Of a DNA stretch of 64,000 bases, positions 45,150-59,933 are shown piece by piece. The notes under the pieces are model-generated. The model did not search any database. It saw only the letters and a list, made by a program, of their open reading frames with translations, and was not told the origin of the DNA. Origin of the DNA: Octopus vulgaris (Eukaryota); assembly GCA_951406725.2 (NCBI GenBank), contig OX597822.1, forward strand, positions 92,442,001 to 92,506,000, given 5' to 3'. The translations under genes were made by a program, and so were the position numbers. The first letter of the stretch is position 1. The number at the start of each line of letters is the position of its first letter.

Positions 45150-45664
45150 AACCATCCGATCATGGCCGTTGCCAGCGCCGCCCCGACTGGCCTCCATGCC
45201 GGTGGCACGTAAAAAGCACCATCCGTTCATGGCCGTTGCCAGCCTCGCCTGACCCCTCGTGCTGGTGGCACGTAGCACCATTCGTTCGTGTCCAGCTTCG
45301 CCTGGCCCCCATGCCGGTGGCATGTAGCACCATCTGTTCATGGCCGCTGCCAGCCTCGACTGGCCCCCGTGCTGGTGGCACATAAAATCACCACCCGTTC
45401 GTGGCACGTAAAAGCACCATCCGTTCGTAGCCGTTGCCTGCCTCGCCTGGCCCCTGTGCCGGTGGCATGTAAAAAGCACCATCGGGACGTGGCCGTTTGC
45501 CAGCTCCGTCTGGCACCTCTGCGGGTGGCACATAAAAAGCACCCACTACACTCACGGAGTGGTTGGCGTTAGGAAGGGCATCCAGCCGTAGAAACACTGC
45601 CAGATCAGACTGGGCCTGATGCAGCCTTCTGGCTTCACAGACCCCAGTTGAACCGTCCAACCCA
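45150..45664 (+). mobile_element. RTE 3' UTR with ~60-bp tandem repeats
   Basis: Repeated gcaccatccgttcgtggccgttgccagcctcg units, as at 18165-18385. Confidence 0.88.
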
Positions 45665-45830
45665 AGTTTTCTTCGGAATAAATTTTCCTACCGACATGCA
45701 GTTCGAAAAAGCCCGCCATTTACCGAATATATGATGAATAAACATTTCCATGTGCTTCGCCGAGGGGAGCAGATGTCTGTTTGGCTTCGCTAGGTATGTT
45801 GATTGTTTATTTATGATGTGTTCAGAATCT

Positions 45831-45883
45831 GTTCTACTGATGAACAAAATACATTAATTGCGAAATCACAGGTGATATAGAAC
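45831..45883 (+). ncRNA. Type I hammerhead motif with an AUA cleavage triplet
   Basis: gttcta-CTGATGA-a caa...ttg c-GAAA-tca cagg tga-TA-tagaac. Confidence 0.75.
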
Positions 45884-46045
45884 TAAATTCAGTTTTTTAA
45901 ATGTCTTGCTTCGGGAGCTGCATTAGGTATGATTAGTTAAATTTTGGTAGTAATGACTTATGTCCCTCTTAGCGTGTGGCTAAGGGAAAAATTCAATTTA
46001 CAGGGAAAAATTCAATTTAGCAATTCTGAATCAAATTTCACAATA

Positions 46046-47757
46046 TATAATATTTGTATATAATTGAGAGAAAAACCTCTATTAAATAATTCAATAGTGA
46101 AAGACGTTATTCCCACCATATAGAAAAAATAAATATGCTATAAAACCCTTATTCTAAAAATTAATAAAGTATATAAACAATAAACAGTAAATAGTAGTAA
46201 ATAGACTATGCGCGTTTCATGGCTATATTTTCAAATAGATAATAATAGAATCAATTTGATTTTAAAATATGGTCACTCATCAGGTCTAAACTCGTAATGA
46301 AAATAATGATAAAATAAATGTACGACTCTTAACTTATAATAATTATCAAATAAATATAGAAAAATACGTGTTTTAACAATAATCGAAAACATTTAACGAT
46401 ATTACTTAAAAAAACCATAACTTATCTTATCAAAGAATTTCTGTTAACTAAAATTTTAAATGTAATCCGTAGAACTTAGTGTTTATAAGAAATATATTGT
46501 ATGAAACTATGGCATAAATAAAAATTATAGAATAAATAGAGGGAATATGTATTTAAGCTGTTAAAATGACAAAATGTATTTTAACTGAGAGAAGAAAAAA
46601 TTAACTGTAATATACCATTTAATGGAAAACTTTAAAGTCTAAATAATTTAAAACGAAACTATGTAAAATACATAATATATACATAAATTAAGCTAACTTT
46701 TTATAATTTAATCTATTTTTGTTAATTTATTCATTTCTTTTATAAATATCTTATCCTAATAATGTAATATACACTATATAATCTTGTGCTAATTTATACA
46801 CATTTAACTACTACAAATTATGACTACAACAATAAGTGACATAAAATAGGGTTTATATATATATACACACACACACAAATTAGCTAAACTTATATAAGTA
46901 ATTTCATTAATGTCTACATTTAATTTTTCGTTCATCTAGGTAATTGACGAATTTTTAAAATTCATTAGTACATAATAACAAAATTTACTACCTATTCGAT
47001 AAGATATTGCCTTACAAACTATCTCCGAATTTAAATTGTACTCAATACTTTTAGGTTTTAGTTCTCATATATATTTACTAAGGCCAGTAGAATTGATTAA
47101 ATTTCTATTCTTAAAAAAATTCATGAGTTGAGCCACCCATAATTTAATTTTATTAGAAGTCGACCCTATGTAAATCGCATTTAAATTATAACCATTGCTA
47201 TTATTATAATCAATCAAAATCACAACACATTTATATACTACATCATCCAAATTACATATATTATTAAATTAACACTTAGTCTTATCTATATATGTACAAT
47301 AAATTATATTCTGGCTTTATTATTATTATTGAAATAATTACTTGATTTGTTTTTGTAAAATATATTCAGCATAAATTTATTAAAAGAAGAAATAATGTTA
47401 CCAACATTATTAGTAGTAGAATAACCACCACCAAAATTATTACTAGAAACAATGTTATTATATTTCTTATCTCTAATGAATACTTCAATTATATTTCAAA
47501 TCTCTTTAATAATATTTAACTTGAGCTCCATAAGGAATAATTAACCAAATTTTGTTCTTATTATTTATATTATTATATTTATTTTTTATATCAATAAATT
47601 TATAATTATCATTAGTCTATTTACTACTATTCATTGTTTATGTACTTTATTGATTTTTTTGAATAAGGTTTTTATATTTATCTTTTCTATATGGTGCAAA
47701 TAACAGCTTTCACTATTCAATTACTTAATAGAGGATTTTCTCTAAATTATATGAATA
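46046..47757 (-). mobile_element. 5'-truncated Penelope-like element: GIY-YIG remnant, hammerhead-bearing pLTR, inverted partial pLTR
   Basis: ORF 47065-47250 VVYKCVV...YIGST...STGLSKYI; 46046-46206 inverted with 47615-47757. Confidence 0.85.
46202..46288 (-). ncRNA. Type I hammerhead motif in a PLE pLTR
   Basis: tagac-CTGATGA-gtgaccatatttt...aaaatatagccat-GAAAC-gcgc-ATA-gtcta. Confidence 0.82.
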
Positions 47758-47811
47758 TATATGTATATACATATATACACATATAAATTAAAAACAGAAC
47801 ACAAAGGATAT

Positions 47812-47903
47812 CGCAGTACACGTGTTTCAAGCTTTATAAACAATCCGTTATTACATCAGTGTATTATTGATATAAAAGATGGTTTAAGCTCTTTTCAGCC
47901 ACA
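47812..47903 (-). ncRNA. Decayed type I hammerhead at the end of a ~2.6-kb AT-rich element
   Basis: tgtgg-CTGAAAA-gagctt...aagctt-GAAAC-acgt-GTA-ctgcg; palindrome ACACGTGT. Confidence 0.7.
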
Positions 47904-50399
47904 AACATTGTTAATCCAAAGATTACATCACAATATAAAAAAAAATATAAAAAGAACATGTAGTATTACCCATTATAATAGGTTAATCATAACTCCTTGA
48001 AAAAGTATATCTGTCTAATTGTTTAACTGTATAAATTTATAAAGATTCATTGGATTTTGAAAATCTGCCCATACTGTATCACCAATCAGCATAGAGTGAA
48101 TGTTAAATAGATTGCATTGAGTTTATATTTAATTCTCTTGTATAAGATAGGAAGGAAAATAAGATAGAAAACAATAAAAAAAGGTTAAAAAACAAAAAAT
48201 AATAAAGAATAAGAGTAATGAAAGTAAAAGACAACAGAAGCAAAAGACAAGAGTAATAAAAGCAAAAATAATTAAAAAAAGTAAGTAAAAATAAGGATAA
48301 TGAAGCTAGATCCACATGTAAATAAGAATTAGCCAAATTCGAATAAAGTAACAAAAGAGGTAAAAACAAAAGAAATAAGAACATAAATTAGAGTAAGAGA
48401 TAAAGAGATAAGATACTAAAGGGCTGAGAATAAGATTTTGGCTTTCATGAGGTAGTAGTGGTCTTAAATAATTTCTTATTTTGACCACATGTTGAAATAC
48501 AAATTGAGGTTGTAATTTGATATCGTTGTGATGAATGGTCAGTTTACGCAAACTCACCACTAAAAGTTACTAGCTTTATAAGTTTAGAGTATATGTATGT
48601 GTGTGTGTGTATACACGCACTCATACATATATATATATGCTAACATGCTTGAGCATATACAAGTATGCTTCATTATGCACAGCATTAAATACATGGATTT
48701 ACACATACATCTCCACACATATCTACAGTTACACCCTAGTAAACATATACATACTCTACTATATCCACCTATCCTTAAGCATGTACAGATATAGATATAT
48801 AGATATACACACATATCTATCTAAACACACATATACACACACACACACACACATATATACACACACACACACATATATACACATATATATATCAACATCA
48901 TCATCGTTTAACGTCCGTTCTCCATGCTAGCATGGGTTGGATGGTTCGACCGGGGATCTGGGAAGCCAGAAGGCTGCACCAGGCTCCGGTCTTATCTGGC
49001 AATGTTTCTACAGCTGGATGCCCTTCCTAACGCCAACCACTCCGTGAGTGTAGTGGGTGCTTTTTACGTACCACCTGCACTGGTGCCAGGCGTGGCTGGC
49101 ATCGGCCAGTCGGATTGGTGCATTTTACGTGCCACCTGCACAGAAGCCAGTCGAGGCAGCACTGGCTTCGGCCACGATTCGGATGGTGCCTTTTACGTGC
49201 CGTATAGTATCCGCATACATTCACACACTTCCATCCATGTATATACACACATACATTACATCTTATAAGTGTATATCTTGTTTTTGAGTACATAACAGTT
49301 ATAATTTAATATACTATTCTCCATAGATTGAGTTCTATATATTTAAAAGTTTTTTTAAAAAAAGGGTTTTTTTAAAATCTGTCTATGATAAATCCAATAG
49401 GCCTGTCATTAAGTAACTACTAGTTGGAGTGATGGATTATCAGTAAAGGGAATGAATTAAAAGGAAATAAATAAATATACATATAAGTGATAAAAGGGAG
49501 TAGTAGGGAGTAGCAAATTAACAATAAATGAAGTAATTGGTATAGAGGTATAAGTTTCTATAGGAATAGAGCTATGTCAGAATCATTTTTAAAAAGACTT
49601 CTACAAGGATCATTCTTTTAAAAAAACGTAATAGTGAAAGGGCATTAGAGGTAGTAAAATACTGACAGCTTAAACTGGTGATATTAGAAAGATGCTGATA
49701 ATATATCAATAATATATATCAAATTCCATCAAATATATTTGGATATGTACAAAAGATATCTGACATAATACATAAAAATATAAATAATAATAAATAATAA
49801 TAGGTTACAAAGAGGTAAAGAGCAAAGTGAAAATGTAAAGAATAAAATAAGATGAAATGAATATTAAGATGGAAGTTAAAGATAAAATACAAAGAAAAAA
49901 ATTATAATAATAGTAATAATATAATAATATAATAGTAATAATATAGTGATTGGAAAAATATATATTGATTGGAGAGATTTCAAGATTATCCATTTGTGTA
50001 AATTATACTCCTATTTTGATTGTTAAGGAAGTGTATGAAGTTAAAAAACTCTAGGTTCCTATTTACCCATGAATACTAGTATAATATTATTATAAACATT
50101 AATGAAGTTATTAGTGTTGGCCGGTAGTGATATTCTTAATTATAGAGTCAATGACTATAAAATAAGTCTAAAGTTCTCAGATTGACTGATATATGCATAC
50201 TACATGGAGTCAGAATTTAGTTAGGTGAAAGTAAACCAAATAAGGAAGTAGGTGGGGGTAAAACTAGTAGTTGTTAATCCAATGTCTGAATAATAGCAAG
50301 ACGGAGCAGATGATGGAAATACCAATGGGAGAAGATCATGAAGGGATTATATTATTTAAAGGTTTTAGTCACTTTATGCATACAAATTGGTTTGAATTC

Positions 50400-51260
50400 C
50401 ATACATATGTATATCTATATATGTATATATATATATAGATATACATATGTATAATATATATATACATATATATATATACATATACATATACATATATATA
50501 TACATATATATATACATGTACATATACATATATATATATACATATATATATACATGTACATATACATATATATACATGTACATATATATATATATATATA
50601 TACATGTACAAATACATATATATACATGTATATATATATATATATACACATGTACATATATATATATATATACATGTACATATATATATATATATATACA
50701 TGTACATATATATATATATACATGTACATATATATACATGTAAATATACATATACATATATATACATGTACATATATATATATACATGTACATATACATA
50801 TATATACATGTACATATACATATACATATATATACATGTACATATACATATATATACATGTACATATACATATATATACATGTACATATACATATATACA
50901 TGTACATATATATATACATGTACATATACATATATACATGTACATATATATATATACATGTACATATACATATACATATATATACATGTACATATATATA
51001 TATACATGTACATATACATATATATACATGTACATATATATATATACATGTACATATACATATACATATATATACATGTACATATATATATATACATGTA
51101 CATATTTATATATACATGTACATATATATATATATATATACATGTACATATATATATATACATGTACATATTTATATATATATATACATGTACATATATA
51201 TATATACATGTACATATTTATATATATATATACATGTACATATATATATATACATGTACA

Positions 51261-51312
<52 letters not shown>
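50400..51312. repeat. (TA)n-derived compound satellite with recurring CATGTACA
   Basis: Seen directly; a similar array with a ~45-bp period lies at 53507-54360. Confidence 0.9.
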
Positions 51313-51313
<1 letters not shown>

Positions 51314-53085
51314 TCTTCAAGACAATGCCAAAACCATGGGAGAGATACTGCAGAAACAATATTGCTCTGTTTTCAGCAATCCTGATATGACTGATCTGGG
51401 CTGTATCAGTGAAGTTACTCCCCAATACATTTTATCGGATATAACCTTTGGCGCTCCTGATGTCTTAGCAGCAATAAAGGAAATGAAGCATAAGTCAGCA
51501 GTAGGTCCCGATAGGTTCCCTGCTTGTGTCTTGAAGATGTGTCAAAACCAACTTGCACTCACCCTAGCCAATCTGTGGTGGAACTCACTGGATGCTGGAT
51601 ATATACCAGAAGACCTTCTATCCCAGTCTGTTGTCCCAGTTTTCAAAAAGGAAACAAATCGCTTGCCGTGAATTACCGTCCAATCTCACTCACCTCTCAT
51701 ATCATTAAGGTATTTGAGAGAGTGCTGAGATCGCGTATGACTCACTTCCTTGAGAGTCATAATATGCTGAACCCCAACCAGCATGGATTCCGTAATGGGA
51801 GAGATTGCCTGACGCAGCTACTGCATCATTTTGATGACATTTTGAGAGCCTTGGGAGAGGGTTACAACACTGATGTCATCTACCTTGATTTCAGCAAGGC
51901 CTTTGACAGGGTTGATCATAAGATCCTTCTGCGAAAACTGTCCAATATTGGTGTCACTGGAAAGCTGCTGCAGTGGATCAAGTGCTTCCTGTCTAACAGA
52001 ACCCAACATGTTGTAGTCGAAGGAGTCAAATCCAGCCCAGCCAAAGTCAGCAGTGGTGTCCCACAAGGTACTGTGTTGGGCCCACTTCTCTTCATCATCT
52101 ACATAGATGATATTACTGACACCATCAAACACAGTAACATCAGAACCTTCGCTGATGATTCCAAGCTCCAGAAGGTCATCAATGGCGTGGATGACCGAAT
52201 GAGCCTTCAGTCAGACCTACTGGCTGTTGTCCAATGGGCGGAAAAGAATAACATGTTGCTAAATGAAGACAAATTCGAACTGATCCACTTTGGAAGGGAG
52301 GACGCTCTGAAACTCCCATACTCTCTTCCTTCTGGAGAAATTCTCATGGCATCCAACAACATCAGAGACTTGGGAGTAACAGTGGACAACAACATAAGCT
52401 GGGCTACACATATAAGCAGCAAAGTTGACATGGCCCGCAGAATGTGTTCCTGGATTCTCAGAACCTTCCAGTCGAGAGATTCCCACGCTATTATCCTTCT
52501 CTTCTCCACTTTTGCCCAACCCCACCTTGAATACTGCTGTCCACTGTGGTCTCCCTACACAAAACAAAATATTATGAGAATTGAAGCTCCCCAAAGGTCA
52601 ATCACAAAAAAGATAGATGGCATGTAAGACCTCGACTACTGGGGTAGACTAGAGAAGCTGAAACTGTATTCACTCCAACGACGCCGTGAACGCTACATTA
52701 TCTGTATGATGTGGAAAATATTCCATCAGCACTGTCCGAATGATGTTAGCATCACCTTCAAAATACATCCAAGGCTTGTACCACGTGCCATCCGTCCACA
52801 ACAAAAATCTAAATCACATCACATAACGACAATACGGCACAAATATTTCACCTCAATTGGACCCGCTCTCTTCAACATTACACCAGGACACGTCAAAAAA
52901 GAAACTAACCACACAAAATTCAAGAAGTCTTTGGACAAATTCCTTCAAACAGTCTCGGATAAACCACCCACACCCGGATATGTCTCCGCAAACAATAACT
53001 CTCTGCTCGAATGGGCCTTGGTGCCCAAATCCTGAATTGAAAGACTTCGCCAGGTGGTGCTATTAAGTTAGCATGTCCTTGAGAA
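51313..53085 (+). mobile_element. CR1/L2-like LINE RT, 5'-truncated and disrupted
   Basis: NYRPISLTS, YLDFSKAFD, GVPQGTVLGP, FADD; one frameshift and one stop. Confidence 0.95.
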
Positions 53086-53363
53086 CGATTATTTATGTAG
53101 TAATCTTTTGTGCCCAATATTTTAAGGAACTTGTTGAACTTTTTTATGTCCTTAACATGTCCCTGTTACCAAAGACTGGATATATGTAATGTAGCAATTT
53201 GCAACAACCAATAATTAACGCGACCAAACTTCTACATGTTACTTTTGACAATCTTTTTCCAAAGAGTGAAACTGGTAAAGTAAATAAACATCTTTTAAAT
53301 TGCATTTTCAAACCTTCTTTCATATATAATTCCACTCGTGCGGTACCCCACAACTCCACTTTG

Positions 53364-53423
<60 letters not shown>

Positions 53424-54011
53424 GGTGAATTGAAGAAATGGAGCTGAACGCAGATTGAACAGAAATCGTTTTATTTCATTCTACACGTGTTTCGAAATTA
53501 CCAAATGTATATATATATATATATACATATCTATATGTACATACATACTTGTATATATATATATGTACATATATATATATACATATATATATACATATTG
53601 TTTGATTTGTTTGATTCTAGTTTCAGCTTATGAGCTGTGGCCATGCTGGGGCTATGTACATACATACTTGTATATATATATGTACATATATATATATATA
53701 CATATATATATACATATCTATATGTACATACATACTTGTATATATATATATGTACATATATATATATATACATATATATATATACATATCTATATGTACA
53801 TACATACTTGTATATATATATGTACATATATATATACATATCTATATGTACATACATACTTGTATATATATATGTACATATATATATATACATATATATA
53901 TACATATCTATATGTACATACATACTTGTATATACATATGTACATATATATATATACATATATATATACATATCTATATGTACATACATACTTGTATATA
54001 TATATGTACAA

Positions 54012-54055
<44 letters not shown>

Positions 54056-54162
54056 CTATATGTACATACATACTTGTATATATATATGTACATACATATA
54101 TATACATATATATATACATATCTATATGTACATACATACTTGTATATATATATGTACATATA

Positions 54163-54217
<55 letters not shown>

Positions 54218-54252
54218 CTATATGTACATACATACTTGTATATATATATATG

Positions 54253-54290
<38 letters not shown>

Positions 54291-54664
54291 TACATACATA
54301 TATACATACATATATACATATTTATATGCATACATATATATACATATATATATATATATATGGCACATAAAAAACACCATCCGAGCGTGGCCGTTCGCCA
54401 GCCACGTCTGGCACCTGTGTCGGTGGCACATAAAATCACCCACTACACTCTCGGAGTGGTTGGCGTTAGGAAGGGCATCCAGCTGTTGAAACACTGCCAG
54501 ATCTGACTGGCCTGGTGCAGCCTTCGGGCTCCCCAGACCACAGTTGAACCGTCCAACCCATGCTAGCATGGAAAGCGGACGTTAAATGATGATGATGATA
54601 TATATGTATATGCATACATATATATACATACATAAATATATACATATATATATATATATATACA

Positions 54665-54754
<90 letters not shown>

Positions 54755-54775
54755 CATATAGATACATATAAATAT

Positions 54776-54809
<34 letters not shown>

Positions 54810-54810
<1 letters not shown>

Positions 54811-55356
54811 TATCTCAGGTCACTTTTGAGTGCTACTGGTAACATACAACCTGTTGCATGGTCGGGTCATTGGCGACTAAACTTGCAACACCACCAAGCT
54901 TGCTTGGTGAGGAGGGTGTTTATTGGACACTCTGCGGGATGAAAAACAAAACCCGTCAAAGGGCGGAGGAACTCTTGAGAGTGAACAGCCATCCAATAAA
55001 TGTCTTATGGCTGTATCATGCACAGGGACATAGAAATAATCGGACTGAATACCCAATCGCGCAGTTAAACCATTGGGAGTGAAGGATTCCTAGCCTTTGT
55101 TAGGGCATCCTTCTAGGAGAAGGTAACTCAGGTAACTGGGATAACTCCGACATAAAACCTGCGGTTCAGTGGTTACCGATGATGTCAACTTTTTCTTCTT
55201 TTCGGATTATGGCTGCTGTTGCTTAGTGAGTGGGATTGACTCAGTGCACAGCCTTTCCTCACTTTAAAAAAAATCTTCTTGCACAGGCATTGGACGATAA
55301 TAACACTGATTAAGCTTCATGCAATGGCCATACTCGATAACGAGGGGGCAGCCACC
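54810..55356 (+). mobile_element. GC-richer insert resembling an RTE 5' UTR or RTE-derived non-autonomous element
   Basis: tagggcatccttctaggagaaggtaactc recalls RTE 5' UTR motifs (from memory); flanked by (TA)n. Confidence 0.45.
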
Positions 55357-56738
55357 ATATATATCATCATCATGCACATACATACATATATATATATATA
55401 CATATACATACATATATATATATACATACATATATATACGTATATACATACATATATATATATATATACATAAGTATATATATGTACATACGTATATATA
55501 CATACATACGTATACATACATATACCCACACACACATACATACATTTATCTACCTAACAGTCCACTAACTATTCTACTCTACCTGTGTAAACTGTGGGTA
55601 TGGAGGTATGGTATTTACTATGAATATTGGGTGTGAGTGTATGTGTGTATGCACCTTTTTTTTCTGTATGTAAGCATATAGATATGAAAATAAACAGATC
55701 AACATACAGACAGATAGGTATATAGGCTATATGAACAGACACATATGAAGACGCGGATCCAAACATATAAAGATGCACATCCATACATACAAACATGGTA
55801 CATAGTTGCATAACACACACACAGACATGCACACACAAGGAGACAGAGGTGCATACATATACAAACACATGCTCACACACACATACACATATATATACAT
55901 ACATACACACACATGCAAACACACATACATACATACATGCATGCATAGGCACACACACACACACACATACTGACCCACACACATGTGCACAAACAAACAA
56001 AAGGGAACGCAGTGTAAATAACGGACAGAGTCAAGACTATTGAAAAGGTTGCAAGATGCAACGAAAATTTTAGGAGAATAAAAATATGAAATAAGTGGAA
56101 ATTTTACCAGAGAGAGTGTTACATTGTAAGGCACAAAAAGAAAATGACTCTCCCCAGACACAACAGAATATGCTTCAACACACGAACTCATATAAAGAAT
56201 CTTGCAAACCAAATCCAAAAACGAAATATATATATACAAGCATAAACCTTTGGACTAAATTCAGCTTTGACATGGAGTTTAAAGTTGCTACTTTGGTTTT
56301 TAAAATTGAATTTGTTAGAATATGTGGGTGTATTAATTTTAATATGCATAACAGAAACGTAAACATTGCGAATTAAGCTCAGCTTAGACATAAAGTCTGG
56401 ATTTACTTTCTGGATTCTATAGTTGGATTTGTTCGCGTAACGTGGATGTATTAAATAATATCTAGATAAATTTAATATGCATATAACAGAGACATATACA
56501 TTGCGGACCTAACCCAGCTTAGACATATAGTTTGGATTTACTATTTTGGATTCTAAAATTGAATTTGTTTGTGTTACGTGGATGCGTTAAGTAATATCTA
56601 GATTATGTTTGTCTGATTAATAAACTCATACGCAAATATTTTGTTTGTGCATATATATATATATATGTGAATATTTATATTTCGAACCTTGTATCGTGAA
56701 TTTTTTAAATTCATAACCCCTATCTTACTTTGTACTAT

Positions 56739-56785
<47 letters not shown>

Positions 56786-57578
56786 TAGGGAGAATTCATA
56801 AAATAAAAAAAGACGAAGACAGGTGGTGTAGACAACAAACAGATGTATTAGTATAACGCTCAGGAAGTGAAAAAGTTTTAATGTTTTGAGCCTACGCTCT
56901 TCCACAAAAAGGAACGCAGAAAGAAACAAGGAGAGAAATAAAGAATGTGTAGTGGCTAGCGATCTATCGTGGCTAAGGCCGGACAGAAGGGTCACACAGG
57001 AAAGCTAGGGAGAAGGGGATATAACAAAGTGGTGGTGATCCCAAAACGAAGGTGAGCGTGTGTGTGTATAAGAGAGTTTGTATGTGTGAATGATCAACAA
57101 AACCATAAAGAGATTGTACAAACTGACAAAACTCCTAACAGACGTACTTTAAAACTACAAACTACGAAATCACCTGAAAGTAATGAGGTAAACATTGAAC
57201 ATACTCCCCAAGACACTCCAGAGACTGATAATATTAATCAACGTGTTGAGCAGCAGGAACAACAGACACCTCATAAACAGCATGTTCGGAAAAGAGAATC
57301 TTTCAGTTACTTCCAAACCAGACTGTATAACCTATGCCGTAGAGAAGTTTGAAACATTCTGTGCCTATCCATTCAACCCCCGGACTTCTGTATTCTAGTG
57401 GGGGAGAATGTTGTGAGAACGCAATGAACTGTGTGTGTGCATGTTTATGTTGTTTGTGTATACATGTTTATTCGAAAATATACATGTTGTTCATGTATAT
57501 ACTTTTTTATACGTAAAAATTTTGGCTAGCTTTTCATTACAAAACTGCATAATGTCATTAACTCCTTCTCAACTCACT

Positions 57579-59606
57579 TGACAAAAAGTGGTGAAACGTC
57601 TCGGCTCGAGAGAATGCTAATGGAAATTGAGAAAAGTCTGCATCAGTCTCATGAAAAAGAGAGAGCAGATAAAGAAGCTTGGGTAATAGAAAATATCAAG
57701 TCAAACCCTAAAGCTTTCTTTAAGTTTGCCAAAGAGACAGCCACAGTACGCCAGAGAATAGGACCTCTCTTCAAAAAATATGGCTCTCTCACAGGAAATC
57801 CCACGAGGATAAGTGAAATACTGAACGAACAGTTCCAAAGTGTGTTCACTAGACCTCTAGGACACAGGCAAGTAAACAACCTGTGGCCAAAGCGGCAAAA
57901 ATTGAGTACATCAAGATTGTAGATGATGATATCACACTGGCCATAGATGAGATTGACACAAACACAGCTGCTGGACCTGATGGATTTCCAGCGATCCTTC
58001 TAAAATCGTGCAAACGAGACCTTGCAAAACCGCTACAGCTTCTTTTTCAGAGCTCTCTTGCAAGTGGTAAGCTCTTGAAAGAGGGGGTAATATGCCCTAT
58101 CCATAAGGGAGGAAGCAGAGCAGATGATAAAAATTATAGGCCTATCTCTCTGACCTCACACATCAGCAAAGTCATATATATATACATACATATATATATA
58201 CATACATATATATACAAGAAACTAATCATGTTCCTTGAAGAAAATTACTTGCTGACTGACACCAAGCATGGATTTCGACCAGGTAGAAGCTGCCTAACAC
58301 AGCTCCTGCAACACTATGACTGGGTGTTAAAACAGCTACGAAATGGTTCAAATGTAGATGCGATATATCTTGACTTTGCAAAAGCCTTTGATAAAGTCGA
58401 CCTTAGTATGATCTGTCACAAACTGCGTAATCTTGGCACAGGCAGAAAACTTGGAGAGTAGCAGCACAACTTCCTAAAATATAGAAAGAAGGCAGTTGTG
58501 GCCCATGGAGCCACCTCCAAGGAAACACAAATAACAAGCGGTGTTCCACAGCGCACTGTCTTGGGGCCACTGCTGTTCATAGTGGCCGTTTCAGACATGC
58601 CCTCAGTTGCTAAGATGGTCACCCTTGCTAGCTATGCAGATGACACAAAAGTCTCCCACACAATACAAAACCCTGGAAATATTGCACATCTGCAACAGGA
58701 GTTGGATACAATATACAGGTGGGCTGAGGACAACAACATGCAGTTTAATGCAGGTAAGTTCCAGGCCCTGTGCTACCGACACACAAAGGTAAACGACATG
58801 CAGACTGGATACACTAGCCTGGGAAGAATTGTAATTCCTGAGTCAAAATCAGTGCGTGACCTGGGTACTGACATGAGCAATGATGCCTCTTTCCAAGTGC
58901 ATATTACTAATTTGGTGATAAAATGCAGATGGCTAGCTGGATGGATTCTCCAAACTTTCAGAACAAGAGAGAAGGAGACACTGATGGTCCTTTGGAAAAC
59001 TTTCTTCCTCAGCTGCTTGGACTACTGCTCCCTATTATGGTCACCACACAATATAAAGCTAACAGCAGAACTCGAAGCAATTCAAAGAAGCTACACTAAG
59101 AAGATTGTCTCAATGCAACATATCAGCTACTGGGAAAGACTGAAAGTATTAAAACTCTTCTCCCTAGAGCGAAGGTGGGAGAGATATGCAGTGATATACA
59201 TCTGGAAAATCCTGGAGGGTCTTATCCCAAACTTTGGCATTCAAAGTTACCCCAACCGCAGAACAGGGCGCCACTGCATGGTGCCAAAGATACCAACATC
59301 ACCATCAAAATACAGGACCAGATACTGCAACAGCTTGGGTTTCAGAGGACCGCAGCTCTTCAACATCCTCCCTAAATGCCTGAGGGACTTGCATGGTGTG
59401 GATGTGGGTTTCTTTAAAACTAAACTGGATCTCTTCTTGTCGGGGGTCCCAGATGAACCTACCTCTCAGCAAGAGACACAGATGCAGGCAGTGGCATTGA
59501 ACTCCCTTGTCGACCAAGTGCCACATATCAGAGGTGGATTCACATACAAGTGTAGCTCATTCAACTGTGGTGCCCCAGCATGGCCACAGCCTTCAGACTG
59601 AAACAT
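57579..59606 (+). mobile_element. CR1/L2-like LINE ORF2 remnant
   Basis: GPDG, YRPISLTS, LDFAKAFD, YADD; stop and frameshift; microsatellite inside the RT. Confidence 0.95.
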
Positions 59607-59933
59607 TTAGAAGGATTTTAAACATATATACATATATATACATACATATATACATAAATATATATATATATAAATACATATATATATATACACACACATA
59701 TATATGTATATATACATACACATGTATATATACATATACATACGTATGTATACATATATATGTTTATATACATATACATATATATGTATATATACATATC
59801 CTAACAAAGGGACCAGCCATTATATATATATATATATATATATACAGGGAGTTTACAAAAAAAAAAAAGATGAAGACAGGTGGTGTACAAAACAAACAGA
59901 TGTATTAGTATAACGCTCAGAAATAGAAAAAGA

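Noticed and set aside
45700-45740. Candidate KDM4 first-exon donor (CG|GTAAAT on the minus strand)
   Set aside because: Too short to be significant without transcript evidence.
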